Of a stretch of 60,860 bases of DNA, positions 18,639-27,407 are shown in pieces. A program made the translations under genes and the position numbers. Each line of letters begins with the position of its first letter. Within the stretch, counting starts at the first letter, position 1. Location of the stretch: positions 1 to 60,860 of the forward strand of contig JBHHWH010000003.1 of the NCBI GenBank assembly GCA_046756405.1. Reading direction: 5' to 3'. The DNA comes from Acidimicrobiia bacterium (GTDB taxonomy: Bacteria > Actinomycetota > Acidimicrobiia > Spongiisociales > ZC4RG35). The notes beneath the pieces are model-generated. The model saw only the letters and a program-made list of their open reading frames with translations, was not told where the DNA came from and made no database searches.

Positions 18639-19467
18639 ACGCCACATTGTCTTCGCTCTGACAATGGGGCTGGTGGCGGCGGCCTGTACAACTCAGCCCG
18701 CTCCCGCCCCTCCCGGCTCCGTCCCGACTCCTGAGCCGCTGGCCGGCTTCGATCTCGGCGGCACGCTGGCGCGTGTCCTCGATGGTGACACCGTCGAGGT
18801 CAGGACCGAGACTCGGGTAGTGCGGGTAAGGCTCGCCGGAATCAATGCTCCCGAGGGCGAAGAATGCTTCGGGGATGTCGCCGCCAGCCACCTGGGGGCT
18901 CTGACCGGAGGACCTGTGAGGGTGGAGGTGGTGGGGACCGACCAGTTCGGTCGCGCCCTGGGCTACGTCTGGGCCAGGGACACCTTGGTCAACCTCGATC
19001 TGGTGTCTCGCGGCCTCGCCCTGGCCACCACACCCAGGGACAAGGATCGCTACGGCCCACCAATGCTCCAGGCCGAGGGGGTCGCCTACGCTGAGCGTCT
19101 CGGACTGTGGTCACCAGAAGGTTGCGGTTCCGGGCCCCTTCCCGAGCTGAAGTTCATGCCTGAGGCCTCGGTCATCGACCCGCCCGGCCCGGACGACCGG
19201 GCTCTCTCCGAAGAGCAGCTCGTGATAGTCAACCGTGGCGACGAGCCGGTGGACATGACGGGGTGGGTGCTCAGGGACGAATCCTCCCGGCACCGCTACC
19301 ACTTCCCCCGGGGACTCCTCCTCGGAAGGGGTTACGTGTTCGTGGTCTCCTCCGATCTTCCCGGGTGGGATCCAGGGGATTCGCCGGTGTGGAACAACAC
19401 TGGGGACATGGCCCTTCTGCTCGACCCGGCGGGCCGGGTGGTCGCCCGTTGGCGGTACGAACCTTGA
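18628..19467 (+). CDS. secreted thermonuclease (SNase-fold) lipoprotein with C-terminal lamin-tail-like domain
   Basis: The lipoprotein signal is RARRHIVFALTMGLVAAAC. SNase motifs are DGDTVEV, VRLAGINAPE and LVSRGLA. The C-terminal segment EQLVIVNRGDEPVDMTGWVLRDES...WNNTGDMALLLDPAGR resembles an LTD. Confidence 0.8.
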   Translation: MRARRHIVFALTMGLVAAACTTQPAPAPPGSVPTPEPLAGFDLGGTLARVLDGDTVEVRTETRVVRVRLAGINAPEGEECFGDVAASHLGALTGGPVRVEVVGTDQFGRALGYVWARDTLVNLDLVSRGLALATTPRDKDRYGPPMLQAEGVAYAERLGLWSPEGCGSGPLPELKFMPEASVIDPPGPDDRALSEEQLVIVNRGDEPVDMTGWVLRDESSRHRYHFPRGLLLGRGYVFVVSSDLPGWDPGDSPVWNNTGDMALLLDPAGRVVARWRYEP

Positions 19468-19519
19468 GATCACGGTTGACGATGTACCCTTGCGCTCACG
19501 ATCCCGAGGAGGACGCAGC

Positions 19520-19849
19520 ATGGGAGTGTTGGATTCGATAAAGCGGCTTTTCGGCAGTGCCAAAGAGGCCACCGAAAGAGCCGAGCCCTACGTGGAAAAA
19601 GCCAAAGAAGCCCTCGAAGAGGCAGCGGAAAAAGCCGAGCCCTACGTGGAAAAAGCCAAAGAAGCCCTCGAAGAGGCAGCCGAAAAGGCCGAGCCCTACG
19701 TGGAGAAGGCCAGAGAGACCCTGGGCATGGGAGACGCCGAGGAGGTCACCGCGACCGAAGCTCCGGCAGAGGCCGCCGAATCCGGGGAGCAGATTGCCCC
19801 AGCAGACGAGGAAGGAGCCCAGGGCTCCGAGGAGCCAGGCGCGGGTTGA
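19520..19849 (+). CDS. small acidic repeat protein (three AEPYVEKAKEALEEAAEK units)
   Basis: ATG 19520 is preceded by GAGGAGGA. The sequence reads MGVLDSIKRLFGSAKEATER followed by 2.6 copies of an 18-aa helix-forming unit and an acidic tail. Confidence 0.6.
   Translation: MGVLDSIKRLFGSAKEATERAEPYVEKAKEALEEAAEKAEPYVEKAKEALEEAAEKAEPYVEKARETLGMGDAEEVTATEAPAEAAESGEQIAPADEEGAQGSEEPGAG
19580..19725. repeat. 54-bp in-frame tandem repeat, about 2.6 copies
   Basis: Units at 19580-19633 and 19634-19687 are identical (GCCGAGCCCTACGTGGAAAAAGCCAAAGAAGCCCTCGAAGAGGCAGC[G/C]GAAAA[A/G]). A third, partial unit starts at 19688. Confidence 0.9.
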
Positions 19850-21045
19850 GCTCCGAACAGAGGACGACAAAGCGGGTCTCGCGGCGGCTCGCTCGCATCC
19901 CCGGCTCCGCCACCCTGGCCATCAACAACCGCGCCCGGGAACTGGAGGCCCAGGGAAGGGACATCATCTCCTTCGCCGCGGGCGAGCCCGATTTCGCCAC
20001 CCCCGACCACATAGTCGAGGCCGCGGTAACGGCGGCGCGTGACCCCGCTAATCACCACTACACCCAGAACGCCGGGTTGCCTCCGTTACGAGAGGCAGCG
20101 GCCGAATACACGGCCCAATACTCGGGTGTAGAAGTGGAGCCTGCCCAGACCCTGATCACCAACGGCGGCAAGCAGGCCATCTTCCAGGCCCTCGCCGCTC
20201 TGGTCGACCCGGGGGACGAGGTGCTGGTGCCGGCCCCCTATTGGGTGACCTACCCGGCGGCCATCGAACTGGCCGGTGGGATCCCCGTCCCTGTCCCCTC
20301 GGCCCCGGGGAAGGGCTTCAAGGTCACCGCCGACGACCTGGACGCCGCCTCCAGCGACCGGACCGTGGCCCTCGTCTTCGTATCGCCCTCCAACCCGTCG
20401 GGTGGTGTCTACGACGCCGGGGAGGCCCGGGCCATCGGGGAGTGGGCACGGGACCGAGGCGTCTGGGTGCTCGCCGATGAGATCTACCAGCGCCTGGTCT
20501 ACGAGGGTGAGGTGGCCCCTTCGATCGCCGCCGTCACTCCGGGGCTCGAGAACTGGGTGTTGATCAACGGAGTTGCCAAGAGCTTCGCCATGACCGGCTG
20601 GCGCGTCGGTTGGATGGTGGGCCCCAAAGACGTCGTCGACGCGGCAGCCCGACACCAGTCCCACGCCACCTCCAACGTCGCCAACGTCTCCCAGCGTGCC
20701 GCCCTGGCCGCGATCACAGGGCCCCAGGAGCCGGTAGAGGAGATGCGTCGAGCTTTTGCCCGACGCCGCGAGCTCATGTACACCCTCGTCTCCGCCATCG
20801 AGGGCCTCAACTGCGTGAAGCCCGACGGCGCCTTCTACGTCTTCCCCGACGTCAGCGCCGTCCTGGGAGATCGCTACCCCAACGCCGAAGCCCTCGCCCG
20901 AGGAATCCTCGACGAGGCCGGGGTGGCGGTGGTACCGGGCGACTCCTTCGGCTCGCCGGGCTTTCTCCGCTTCTCTTACGCCCTCGGCGAAGCTGACATT
21001 CAGCGGGGAGTGGAGCGAGTCGCCCGCCTGATCGAGACCCTCTGA
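19846..21045 (+). CDS. class I pyridoxal-phosphate aminotransferase (aspartate aminotransferase-like)
   Basis: It is 399 aa, with VSPSNPSGGVY and the PLP-lysine block NGVAKSFAMTGWRVGW. The TTG start overlaps the upstream stop. Confidence 0.9.
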   Translation: MSSEQRTTKRVSRRLARIPGSATLAINNRARELEAQGRDIISFAAGEPDFATPDHIVEAAVTAARDPANHHYTQNAGLPPLREAAAEYTAQYSGVEVEPAQTLITNGGKQAIFQALAALVDPGDEVLVPAPYWVTYPAAIELAGGIPVPVPSAPGKGFKVTADDLDAASSDRTVALVFVSPSNPSGGVYDAGEARAIGEWARDRGVWVLADEIYQRLVYEGEVAPSIAAVTPGLENWVLINGVAKSFAMTGWRVGWMVGPKDVVDAAARHQSHATSNVANVSQRAALAAITGPQEPVEEMRRAFARRRELMYTLVSAIEGLNCVKPDGAFYVFPDVSAVLGDRYPNAEALARGILDEAGVAVVPGDSFGSPGFLRFSYALGEADIQRGVERVARLIETL

Positions 21046-21067
21046 GCAAGGTTTACACTCGCCATCA

Positions 21068-22144
21068 ATGCAGCCCGCTCCTGTGGCCAAGGCGATGATG
21101 CTCGTCGAGCCGAAGCACTTCGCGCTGACCGAAGTGCCCATCGAAGGAGGCGACGAAGGAGGCTGGCTAGCAGTCGAAGCCACCGGGCTGTCGGGCTCCG
21201 ATGTCAAGGTCTGGAAGGGGGAGGACCACAACATCGTCTACCCCCTCGTACCGGGCCACGAGGTAGTGGGCCGCATCGCCCTTCAGGGACCCAACATCCC
21301 TTACCCGGTCGGGACGCGGGTGGTGGTAGAGCCCCGTATCCACTGCGGCGTGTGTCACCGCTGCCTCCAGGGTCTGGCCAACTGCGTACGCCGCAAGCCC
21401 AGCAACTCCTACGGCAGGATTCCCAGCTCGGAGCCACCGGGGCTCTGGGGAGGCCTGGCTGAGTACCTCTACCTCGATCCCAACGCCCATCTCCATCCCG
21501 TCACAGACGATGTGCCCGCCGAGGTGACGACCTTCGTCCATCCCCTGGCCTCCGGCCATACCTGGGCGGTTGAGCTGCCTGCCCTCAAACCTGGCGAGGA
21601 CGTGCTCATTTTGGGACCGGGCCCTCGAGGGCTGGCCTGTCTGATCGCCGCCCGCGCCGCCGGGGCCCGATGGGTCGGCATCACCGGCCTCAGCCACGAT
21701 AGGGACCGGCTCAGTCTCGCCCAGGCCCTGGGGGCAGACCTCAGTATCGACATCGAGACCAGGGATGTGGCCGAGGAGGTGGCCAGCAATCTGGGGAAGC
21801 GCCCGGACGTGGTCATCGATGTGACCTCCGACGACCCAGAGGCTCTCTTCACCGCCCTCGACCTGGTCCGTAGCGGGGGAAGGGTGATCCTCGCCTCCAC
21901 GAAGGGCAACCGAGCCTTCCACTTTTTGTCCGACGTAGTCGTGACCAAACAACTTACGGTCAAGGGAGCGATGGGAGCCACCACCGTCGGCTACCAGTGG
22001 GCCACCAACCATCTGGCGACCGACCCCAGGATCGACGACCTGGTCTCGCACCAGTTCCCCCTGGTGGAAGCGCCCCGTGCACTCCAGGCCGCCGCCGGAC
22101 TCCTGGGCAGGGAGGAGCTGATCTCGGTGGCGGTCACCTTCTGA
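21068..22144 (+). CDS. zinc-dependent medium-chain alcohol dehydrogenase family oxidoreductase
   Basis: It has the catalytic Zn motif GHEVVG, the structural Zn cysteines CGVCHRCLQGLANC, and a nucleotide fold ILGPGPRGL. Confidence 0.85.
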   Translation: MQPAPVAKAMMLVEPKHFALTEVPIEGGDEGGWLAVEATGLSGSDVKVWKGEDHNIVYPLVPGHEVVGRIALQGPNIPYPVGTRVVVEPRIHCGVCHRCLQGLANCVRRKPSNSYGRIPSSEPPGLWGGLAEYLYLDPNAHLHPVTDDVPAEVTTFVHPLASGHTWAVELPALKPGEDVLILGPGPRGLACLIAARAAGARWVGITGLSHDRDRLSLAQALGADLSIDIETRDVAEEVASNLGKRPDVVIDVTSDDPEALFTALDLVRSGGRVILASTKGNRAFHFLSDVVVTKQLTVKGAMGATTVGYQWATNHLATDPRIDDLVSHQFPLVEAPRALQAAAGLLGREELISVAVTF

Positions 22145-22157
22145 CCGGCGTCTGTCA

Positions 22158-23432
22158 ATGAACGACCGAGGATCCCCCCCACCAAGGAGCTCGGTCGTCT
22201 CCTGGGTCCTCTACGACCTGGCCAACACGATCTTTGCCCTCGGGGTCGTAGGCGTCTACTTCTCGGACTGGCTGCTGGCCAACGGGCTCCCCGACAGTGC
22301 CCTGGCCGCGGTTCAGATGGCAGCCGCGGCGGTGGTCATCTTTGTCGCCCCCTGGGCCGGAGCACGCAGCGATGTCCGTGGCACCCGGGTCCCCACCCTG
22401 ATGGCCACAACCCTCGCCGCGGTGGCAGCCACCGCGCTGATCGCCACAGGTCCGCCGCTCCTCTCCTTGGTTCTGCTCTGGGTGGCGGTGGTGGCCGTCA
22501 ACACCGGCTCCGTGGTCTACGACGCTCTGCTGGTGGACGTGAGCACCCCGGCCCGCCGCGGGGTGGTGTCGGGGCTAGGGGTGGGGGTGGGATATCTTGG
22601 ATCGTTCGTGGGGCTCGGCATCGGGTTCGTAACCCTCGACCTCCTGGGTTTGAGCTACGCCGCCACATTCCGGACCCTCGCCGCGGGTTTCCTGATCTTC
22701 GCCCTCCCCGCCTTCCGGTACATCGAAGAGCGGGCCGCCCTCGCCGACCAGTCCCTCCCCGGCCTCCGGGATGTCTTCGGACGGATCGTGCGCTCATGGC
22801 GCCTGGCCAGCAACTATGAGGGAGTGGTCCGGTTCCTGGTGGGTCGCTTCTTCTACACCGACGCCATCAACACTCTCCTCGCCGGGTTTCTGGCCCTGTT
22901 CGTCATCGATGAGCTCGGGTTGGAGCGACGCTTCTTCACCGCCCTGATGGCGGTGGCCATAGGTGCCGCGGTGATCGGTGGACTGGCCTCAGGACCCCTC
23001 GTCGCCAGACTCGGAGCCCTACGCGTGCTGCGGTGGGTGCTCCTCGTGTGGATCCTGGCGATGGCTTCGGGAATAGCCGCCGCGATGACGGGGGAGACCC
23101 AACTCGCCTGGGTAATCGGTCCCCTGGGGGGGATCGCTCTCGGGGCTACCTGGACGGCCGACAGGGTGGTGATGACCCGGATCTCTCCTCCTCGCCATCT
23201 GGGCGAGTTCTACGGCCTGTACGCCACGGTGGGACGGTTCGCCACGGTGGCCGGCCCTCTGGCATGGGCAGTGGTGGTAGACCTGGCAAACCTGGGGCGG
23301 ACTGCTGCCCTAGGAGCCCTGATGGCCTTCATAGCCGTAGGGTGGTGGGTGTTAAGCGGCGTCGACGACCAGGAGAGGGTTTGGTCGCCCGACGACCAGC
23401 TCAGTGGAAGCCCGGAGTCTCCCCTGAGATGA
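22158..23432 (+). CDS. MFS transporter, UMF1/Atg22-like family (paralogue of 16956..18299)
   Basis: It shares the N-terminal motif with the other copy (VVSWVLYDLANTIF). It is 424 aa and polytopic. Confidence 0.8.
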   Translation: MNDRGSPPPRSSVVSWVLYDLANTIFALGVVGVYFSDWLLANGLPDSALAAVQMAAAAVVIFVAPWAGARSDVRGTRVPTLMATTLAAVAATALIATGPPLLSLVLLWVAVVAVNTGSVVYDALLVDVSTPARRGVVSGLGVGVGYLGSFVGLGIGFVTLDLLGLSYAATFRTLAAGFLIFALPAFRYIEERAALADQSLPGLRDVFGRIVRSWRLASNYEGVVRFLVGRFFYTDAINTLLAGFLALFVIDELGLERRFFTALMAVAIGAAVIGGLASGPLVARLGALRVLRWVLLVWILAMASGIAAAMTGETQLAWVIGPLGGIALGATWTADRVVMTRISPPRHLGEFYGLYATVGRFATVAGPLAWAVVVDLANLGRTAALGALMAFIAVGWWVLSGVDDQERVWSPDDQLSGSPESPLR

Positions 23433-24435
23433 GATGGTGCTCCACGGCGTAGGGAATGGGAAGGTCGGCTACTTCGTCGGGGCCTCGTACCAGTCTTCGC
23501 CCGATCTCAGCGAACCAGGTGTCGTTGACGAAGGCCCAGGGCCAGGCCCGAATGCCAATGCGGGCTCCTATCCAACCACCCACCGTCGCTCCTAGGGGGC
23601 TCCCACCGATCCTGGCAGCCTGCTCCACCGGCAGGTGAAAACGGACGTCCCGTTGAGCCGCCAGCATGAGTCCTGCCAGCACCAGCGTGAGAGGGTCATC
23701 CTCGTCCCCCTCCAACCTCGCAAGTGCCTCGGGCCCGGAGGAGACGCCGATCCCCGCCAGGGCCCGGTCGAAATCGGCGGCCAGACGTTCCAGACGCTGG
23801 GGTTCCTCCAGGCCTGCGGCGATGGTCTCGATGTGGGGGACTACGGCTTCAGCGGTCCCGGTGATGAAATCCCTCCCGATTTGAGCGAAACAGGAGGCAG
23901 CGGCGGCGGCGGCGGCTACCACTCCAGCGGCCACGGTGGAGGCATCGCTGTGGAACAGCCGACCGAGCCTGACGGATTCGGCAATGACTGCCTCGGGCTG
24001 GCGGCGAAGGGCGACACCCAGGGGCACCCCACGGGGAGCAGCGTCGAGGGATCGACTCGGTACCGGTAACGGTTGCCCTGTACCCGCCTTGTCCAACCAA
24101 GACCGAAACTCGGGGCTTTCGCCCCGGAACACCCTCTCACCGTCGAAGGCGCCGTCCAGCTCCAACAGTGCCCGAACCAACCGGTCGTAGTCGAGCTGAC
24201 GGTGCTCGATCAATTCGTAGGCGATGATCGTCACTTGCACGGCAACCGCGGAGTAGCCGAGGGTCGAAGCGCCCCCGGCGGTATCCCCGGCGGCGACACC
24301 CAGCATGAAGCCGTCGCCTTCACCGGAGACAAGCCGGAACAGAGGCTCCTCGGCCGGCTCTACCACCTCCCCCGGTTCACCGTCCTCGTAGAGGTCGTCT
24401 TCAAGAGTGTCGTCGGGATACTCGGGCTTGGGCAT
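23401..24435 (-). CDS. ADP-ribosylglycohydrolase-like protein with apparently degenerate metal-binding motifs
   Basis: The overall pattern resembles the ARH/DraG fold, with LGVAAGDTAGG near the N-terminus, RLFHSDASTVAAG and a C-terminal GGSPLGATVGGWIGARIG. It has an acidic N-terminal extension. The assignment is by eye only. Confidence 0.4.
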   Translation of the reverse strand: MPKPEYPDDTLEDDLYEDGEPGEVVEPAEEPLFRLVSGEGDGFMLGVAAGDTAGGASTLGYSAVAVQVTIIAYELIEHRQLDYDRLVRALLELDGAFDGERVFRGESPEFRSWLDKAGTGQPLPVPSRSLDAAPRGVPLGVALRRQPEAVIAESVRLGRLFHSDASTVAAGVVAAAAAAASCFAQIGRDFITGTAEAVVPHIETIAAGLEEPQRLERLAADFDRALAGIGVSSGPEALARLEGDEDDPLTLVLAGLMLAAQRDVRFHLPVEQAARIGGSPLGATVGGWIGARIGIRAWPWAFVNDTWFAEIGRRLVRGPDEVADLPIPYAVEHHLISGETPGFH

Positions 24436-24471
24436 CGGGCTGGAAGGCTACCGCTGTAGCCTGGCTGATCC

Positions 24472-25404
24472 ATGGATCGCGTGGTCGTCATCGCCAACCC
24501 CGTGGCATCCCAGTTCACCGGTGGGGCCCACCGGGACGTGATGGCTATCTTCGACAAAGCCGCCCAAGTGCACCCGCTCTGGCCTGGTTCCGGCCCCGAG
24601 GCGGAGCAGGCTGCCGCCGAAGCAGTGGCCGACGGGGCGAACATCGTCGTGGCTATGGGAGGCGACGGAATCGTTCACCATGTGGCCCAGGGGGTTGTGG
24701 GCTCCGAGGCCGTCCTCGGAGTCATCCCGGTCGGCACGACCAACGTGTTCGCCAGGATCCTGGGGCTTCCCACCCGGCCCGCCAAGGCGGCCAAGCTCAT
24801 CGCCCGAGGCAACCCGCCGCGACAGGTAGGGGTGGCCCGGATGGTCCTAAGCCGGGGCACGGTGGAGACCAGCCACTACGCTCTCTTCTCCTGCGGGCTG
24901 GGCCTCGACGCTGAGATCGTTGTGAGCGCCGACGCCGACCCCTACCGGAAATACCGCTTCGGCTCGCTCCACTACGCCAGCACAGCTCTGTCCGTCGCCC
25001 TTCGCCGTTTCCCCCGACGCCGGCCCCACATAGAAGCCGTCTCCGAAGATCGCAAGGCAAAGGCGATGACGGCGATCTTCCAGTTCCGCGAGGTCTACAC
25101 CTACTTCGGCCGGCGCCGGATCACTATCTCCCCTGATCGCCCCAGCCCGATGACGCTCCTGGTGATGACCCGGCTCCCCCGCCGGCGTCTCCCCCGGATC
25201 GCCTTCGACGCGCTGACCCGGGGAGATTTGCGTGGCGTCAAAGGGTTCGAGGTCTGGGAAGGCGTCGAGGCAGCATACTTTCGGGCCGACCCGGCGGCAC
25301 CGGCCCAGGCCGATGGAGAGCCCCTCGGAATGGCGGACGCGGCGTCGGTGGAGTGGGTCCCCGACGCCTTGAAGGTCGCCTCCCCCTACTGGTCGGCTCG
25401 GTGA
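24472..25404 (+). CDS. diacylglycerol/lipid kinase family protein (DAGK catalytic domain)
   Basis: It has the GGDGIVHHVAQG motif and N-terminal VVVIANPVAS. It is 310 aa. Confidence 0.8.
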   Translation: MDRVVVIANPVASQFTGGAHRDVMAIFDKAAQVHPLWPGSGPEAEQAAAEAVADGANIVVAMGGDGIVHHVAQGVVGSEAVLGVIPVGTTNVFARILGLPTRPAKAAKLIARGNPPRQVGVARMVLSRGTVETSHYALFSCGLGLDAEIVVSADADPYRKYRFGSLHYASTALSVALRRFPRRRPHIEAVSEDRKAKAMTAIFQFREVYTYFGRRRITISPDRPSPMTLLVMTRLPRRRLPRIAFDALTRGDLRGVKGFEVWEGVEAAYFRADPAAPAQADGEPLGMADAASVEWVPDALKVASPYWSAR

Positions 25405-26192
25405 ACCGTGATCTGAGGGAATGGGATGGTGATTCCTTCAGCATCGAAACGGTTCTTGATCCTGCGCAGAGCCTCCCGGCGCACCGCCCACCGCTCATCG
25501 GCAACGGTGGTCAACCGGCCGCGTAGGACCACCGCCGAGTCGTCCAGGGCGTTGACTCCAAAGATCTCCACTTCACCGATGATCTTCGGGCCCCACTCTG
25601 AGTCCGACGCCAGGCGATCCAGTTCGTCTTTGAAGACTTCCAGGGCACGATTGACGTCGGTCCCGTAGTCGACGCCCACGTCGATGACGGGCTTGGAAAA
25701 GTGGCTGGTGTAGTTGGAGCTGACCGAGATCTGGCCGTTGGGCACAAAGTGCACCACTCCTTCGTAGTCGCGCATCACGGTGACTCGCAGTTGGATGTCC
25801 TCCACCGTCCCGGTGACCCCCGCGATGCTCACCGTGTCTCCCACGTGGAACTGGTCCTCGACGAGGATGAAGAAACCGGCGATCACGTCTTTGATCAGGT
25901 CCTGGGCGCCGAAGCCGACGGCCGCACCGACCACCGTTCCCAGGGCCAGGAAGGGAGTGATGCTGAACCCCCAGGTGTCGAAGAGGACGAACACCACCGA
26001 AACCACAAGAACGATGAGAATCACCCGGCGCAGCACGATCCACAGGGTCTCGGCCCTCTCCTGGTGCTCGCCTCCCTTGGCGCTGGCACGGCGCACGAAC
26101 TGGTGGCCGACCCGGATCGCCAACCAGTAGAGAACACCACTGAGGGCGACCACGATGGCAGTACGGATCAGGTTTTCGATCACTGACGGCAT
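25386..26192 (-). CDS. small-conductance mechanosensitive channel (MscS family)
   Basis: It has three N-terminal TM helices followed by the MscS beta-domain FHVGDTVSIAGVTGTVEDIQLRVTVMRDYEGVVHFVPNGQI. Confidence 0.85.
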   Translation of the reverse strand: MPSVIENLIRTAIVVALSGVLYWLAIRVGHQFVRRASAKGGEHQERAETLWIVLRRVILIVLVVSVVFVLFDTWGFSITPFLALGTVVGAAVGFGAQDLIKDVIAGFFILVEDQFHVGDTVSIAGVTGTVEDIQLRVTVMRDYEGVVHFVPNGQISVSSNYTSHFSKPVIDVGVDYGTDVNRALEVFKDELDRLASDSEWGPKIIGEVEIFGVNALDDSAVVLRGRLTTVADERWAVRREALRRIKNRFDAEGITIPFPQITVHRADQ

Positions 26193-26216
26193 GTTCTCCT
26201 CCTGGGACGGGGCAGG

Positions 26217-27407
26217 TTAACGGCGCATGGCTTCGACGGTGAGGGCCAAGTCGGCGAGGGCAGCTCGGGCCTCACCCCGAGACTGAAGCAGCTCGCGCAC
26301 CGGTTCCAGAAGCCGAGTGTCGAGTTCTCGGCGTAGGTAGTCGTTGCGTTCCTGCTCAGCTTGGTTTTCGGGCCGTCGAAACCAGCGTCGACGTGGGGTG
26401 TCGGGTGGCCCAGCGGAGGCCTCGAACACGGCCACGGGGACCGAAGCCGCCACCCGACGCAAACGCAGGCCCGTTACGCCACCGGCCTCGGCGGCGAGGG
26501 TTTCGATGAAGGTCACGAGCTTGGAGGTGGCTGCTTCTTCGCCACCGGCGATCAGGTCGTCGACGACGGACTCCACGACGCTGCCCGCCCTTGCCTCGAA
26601 CTCGACGGGATCACCCACCATGCGGATCAACGCTGAGGCGGCGCTTCCGAGCTCCACCAGCAGCTTGTCGTAGAGGCCAACCCCCCCATCGAGAACGGCC
26701 CGCAGCAGAGTCAGCAGCTCATCGACACCGATGGGAGGACCGGCGGGTGGGGAGGCCGCCACAGGTACCACCCGGGGAGCGCCGATCCCATCCTCGGCCA
26801 GGGCTCTTATGAAGTGCTCGACCACGGTCTCCGCGTCCTCATCGTGGAGCCGGTCTATCTGGTTGAACACGAAAATGAACTGACGGGAGAAGGCAGAAAG
26901 GGGTTTCAAGTAGCGGTCGTGGAGCAGGGCATCGCGGTACTTCTCCGGATCTACCACCCACACCACCAGGTCCACAAGGGGCAAGAGCTGTTCAACCTGG
27001 TATCGGTGGGCCAGCTCAACGCTGTCGGTGTCGGGGAGATCCAACACGCACAACCACTCCGGCCCGTCGTGGACCTCCCGGGCGATGAGCCCCAGGTCAT
27101 CGAGGTAGCCGGCGAGAGCGTCTCCCCGGTCCCGGGGTACGGCCGCCAGGGGCTCATCCGTGGTGGGCCTCATCCCGCCCACCAGGGCAATCTCGCTGCC
27201 AACAAGGGCGTTGAGGAGGCTCGACTTCCCCGACCCGGTGCCGCCGGCCAGGGCGATCATCAGGACGTCATCGGGATAGGACAGCCTCAGTCGGAGGTTG
27301 CGAACCGTTCCAGCCAGGGGTTCGAGGGCGTCTTTCGCGACGACAGCCACGCAGGAGGCCACCGCCAGGTCGGCCCTGTCGAGAAGACCAGCCGCCGATT
27401 CACGCAT
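26217..27407 (-). CDS. P-loop GTPase, dynamin/YfjP-like, downstream partner of a pair
   Basis: I trimmed the start to ATG 27407 (MRESAAGLL). The ORF-track N-terminus is Trp/Arg/Ser-rich junk that overlaps the upstream gene. G1 is LAGGTGSGKSSLLNAL and G3 is VLDLPDTDS. A long helical C-terminal half follows. Confidence 0.7.
   Translation of the reverse strand: MRESAAGLLDRADLAVASCVAVVAKDALEPLAGTVRNLRLRLSYPDDVLMIALAGGTGSGKSSLLNALVGSEIALVGGMRPTTDEPLAAVPRDRGDALAGYLDDLGLIAREVHDGPEWLCVLDLPDTDSVELAHRYQVEQLLPLVDLVVWVVDPEKYRDALLHDRYLKPLSAFSRQFIFVFNQIDRLHDEDAETVVEHFIRALAEDGIGAPRVVPVAASPPAGPPIGVDELLTLLRAVLDGGVGLYDKLLVELGSAASALIRMVGDPVEFEARAGSVVESVVDDLIAGGEEAATSKLVTFIETLAAEAGGVTGLRLRRVAASVPVAVFEASAGPPDTPRRRWFRRPENQAEQERNDYLRRELDTRLLEPVRELLQSRGEARAALADLALTVEAMRR

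Noticed and set aside
19580-19725. Possible CRISPR array, because of the identical direct repeats.
   Set aside because: The repeats are contiguous 54-bp units with no spacers. They are in frame inside a coding sequence, and no cas genes are present.
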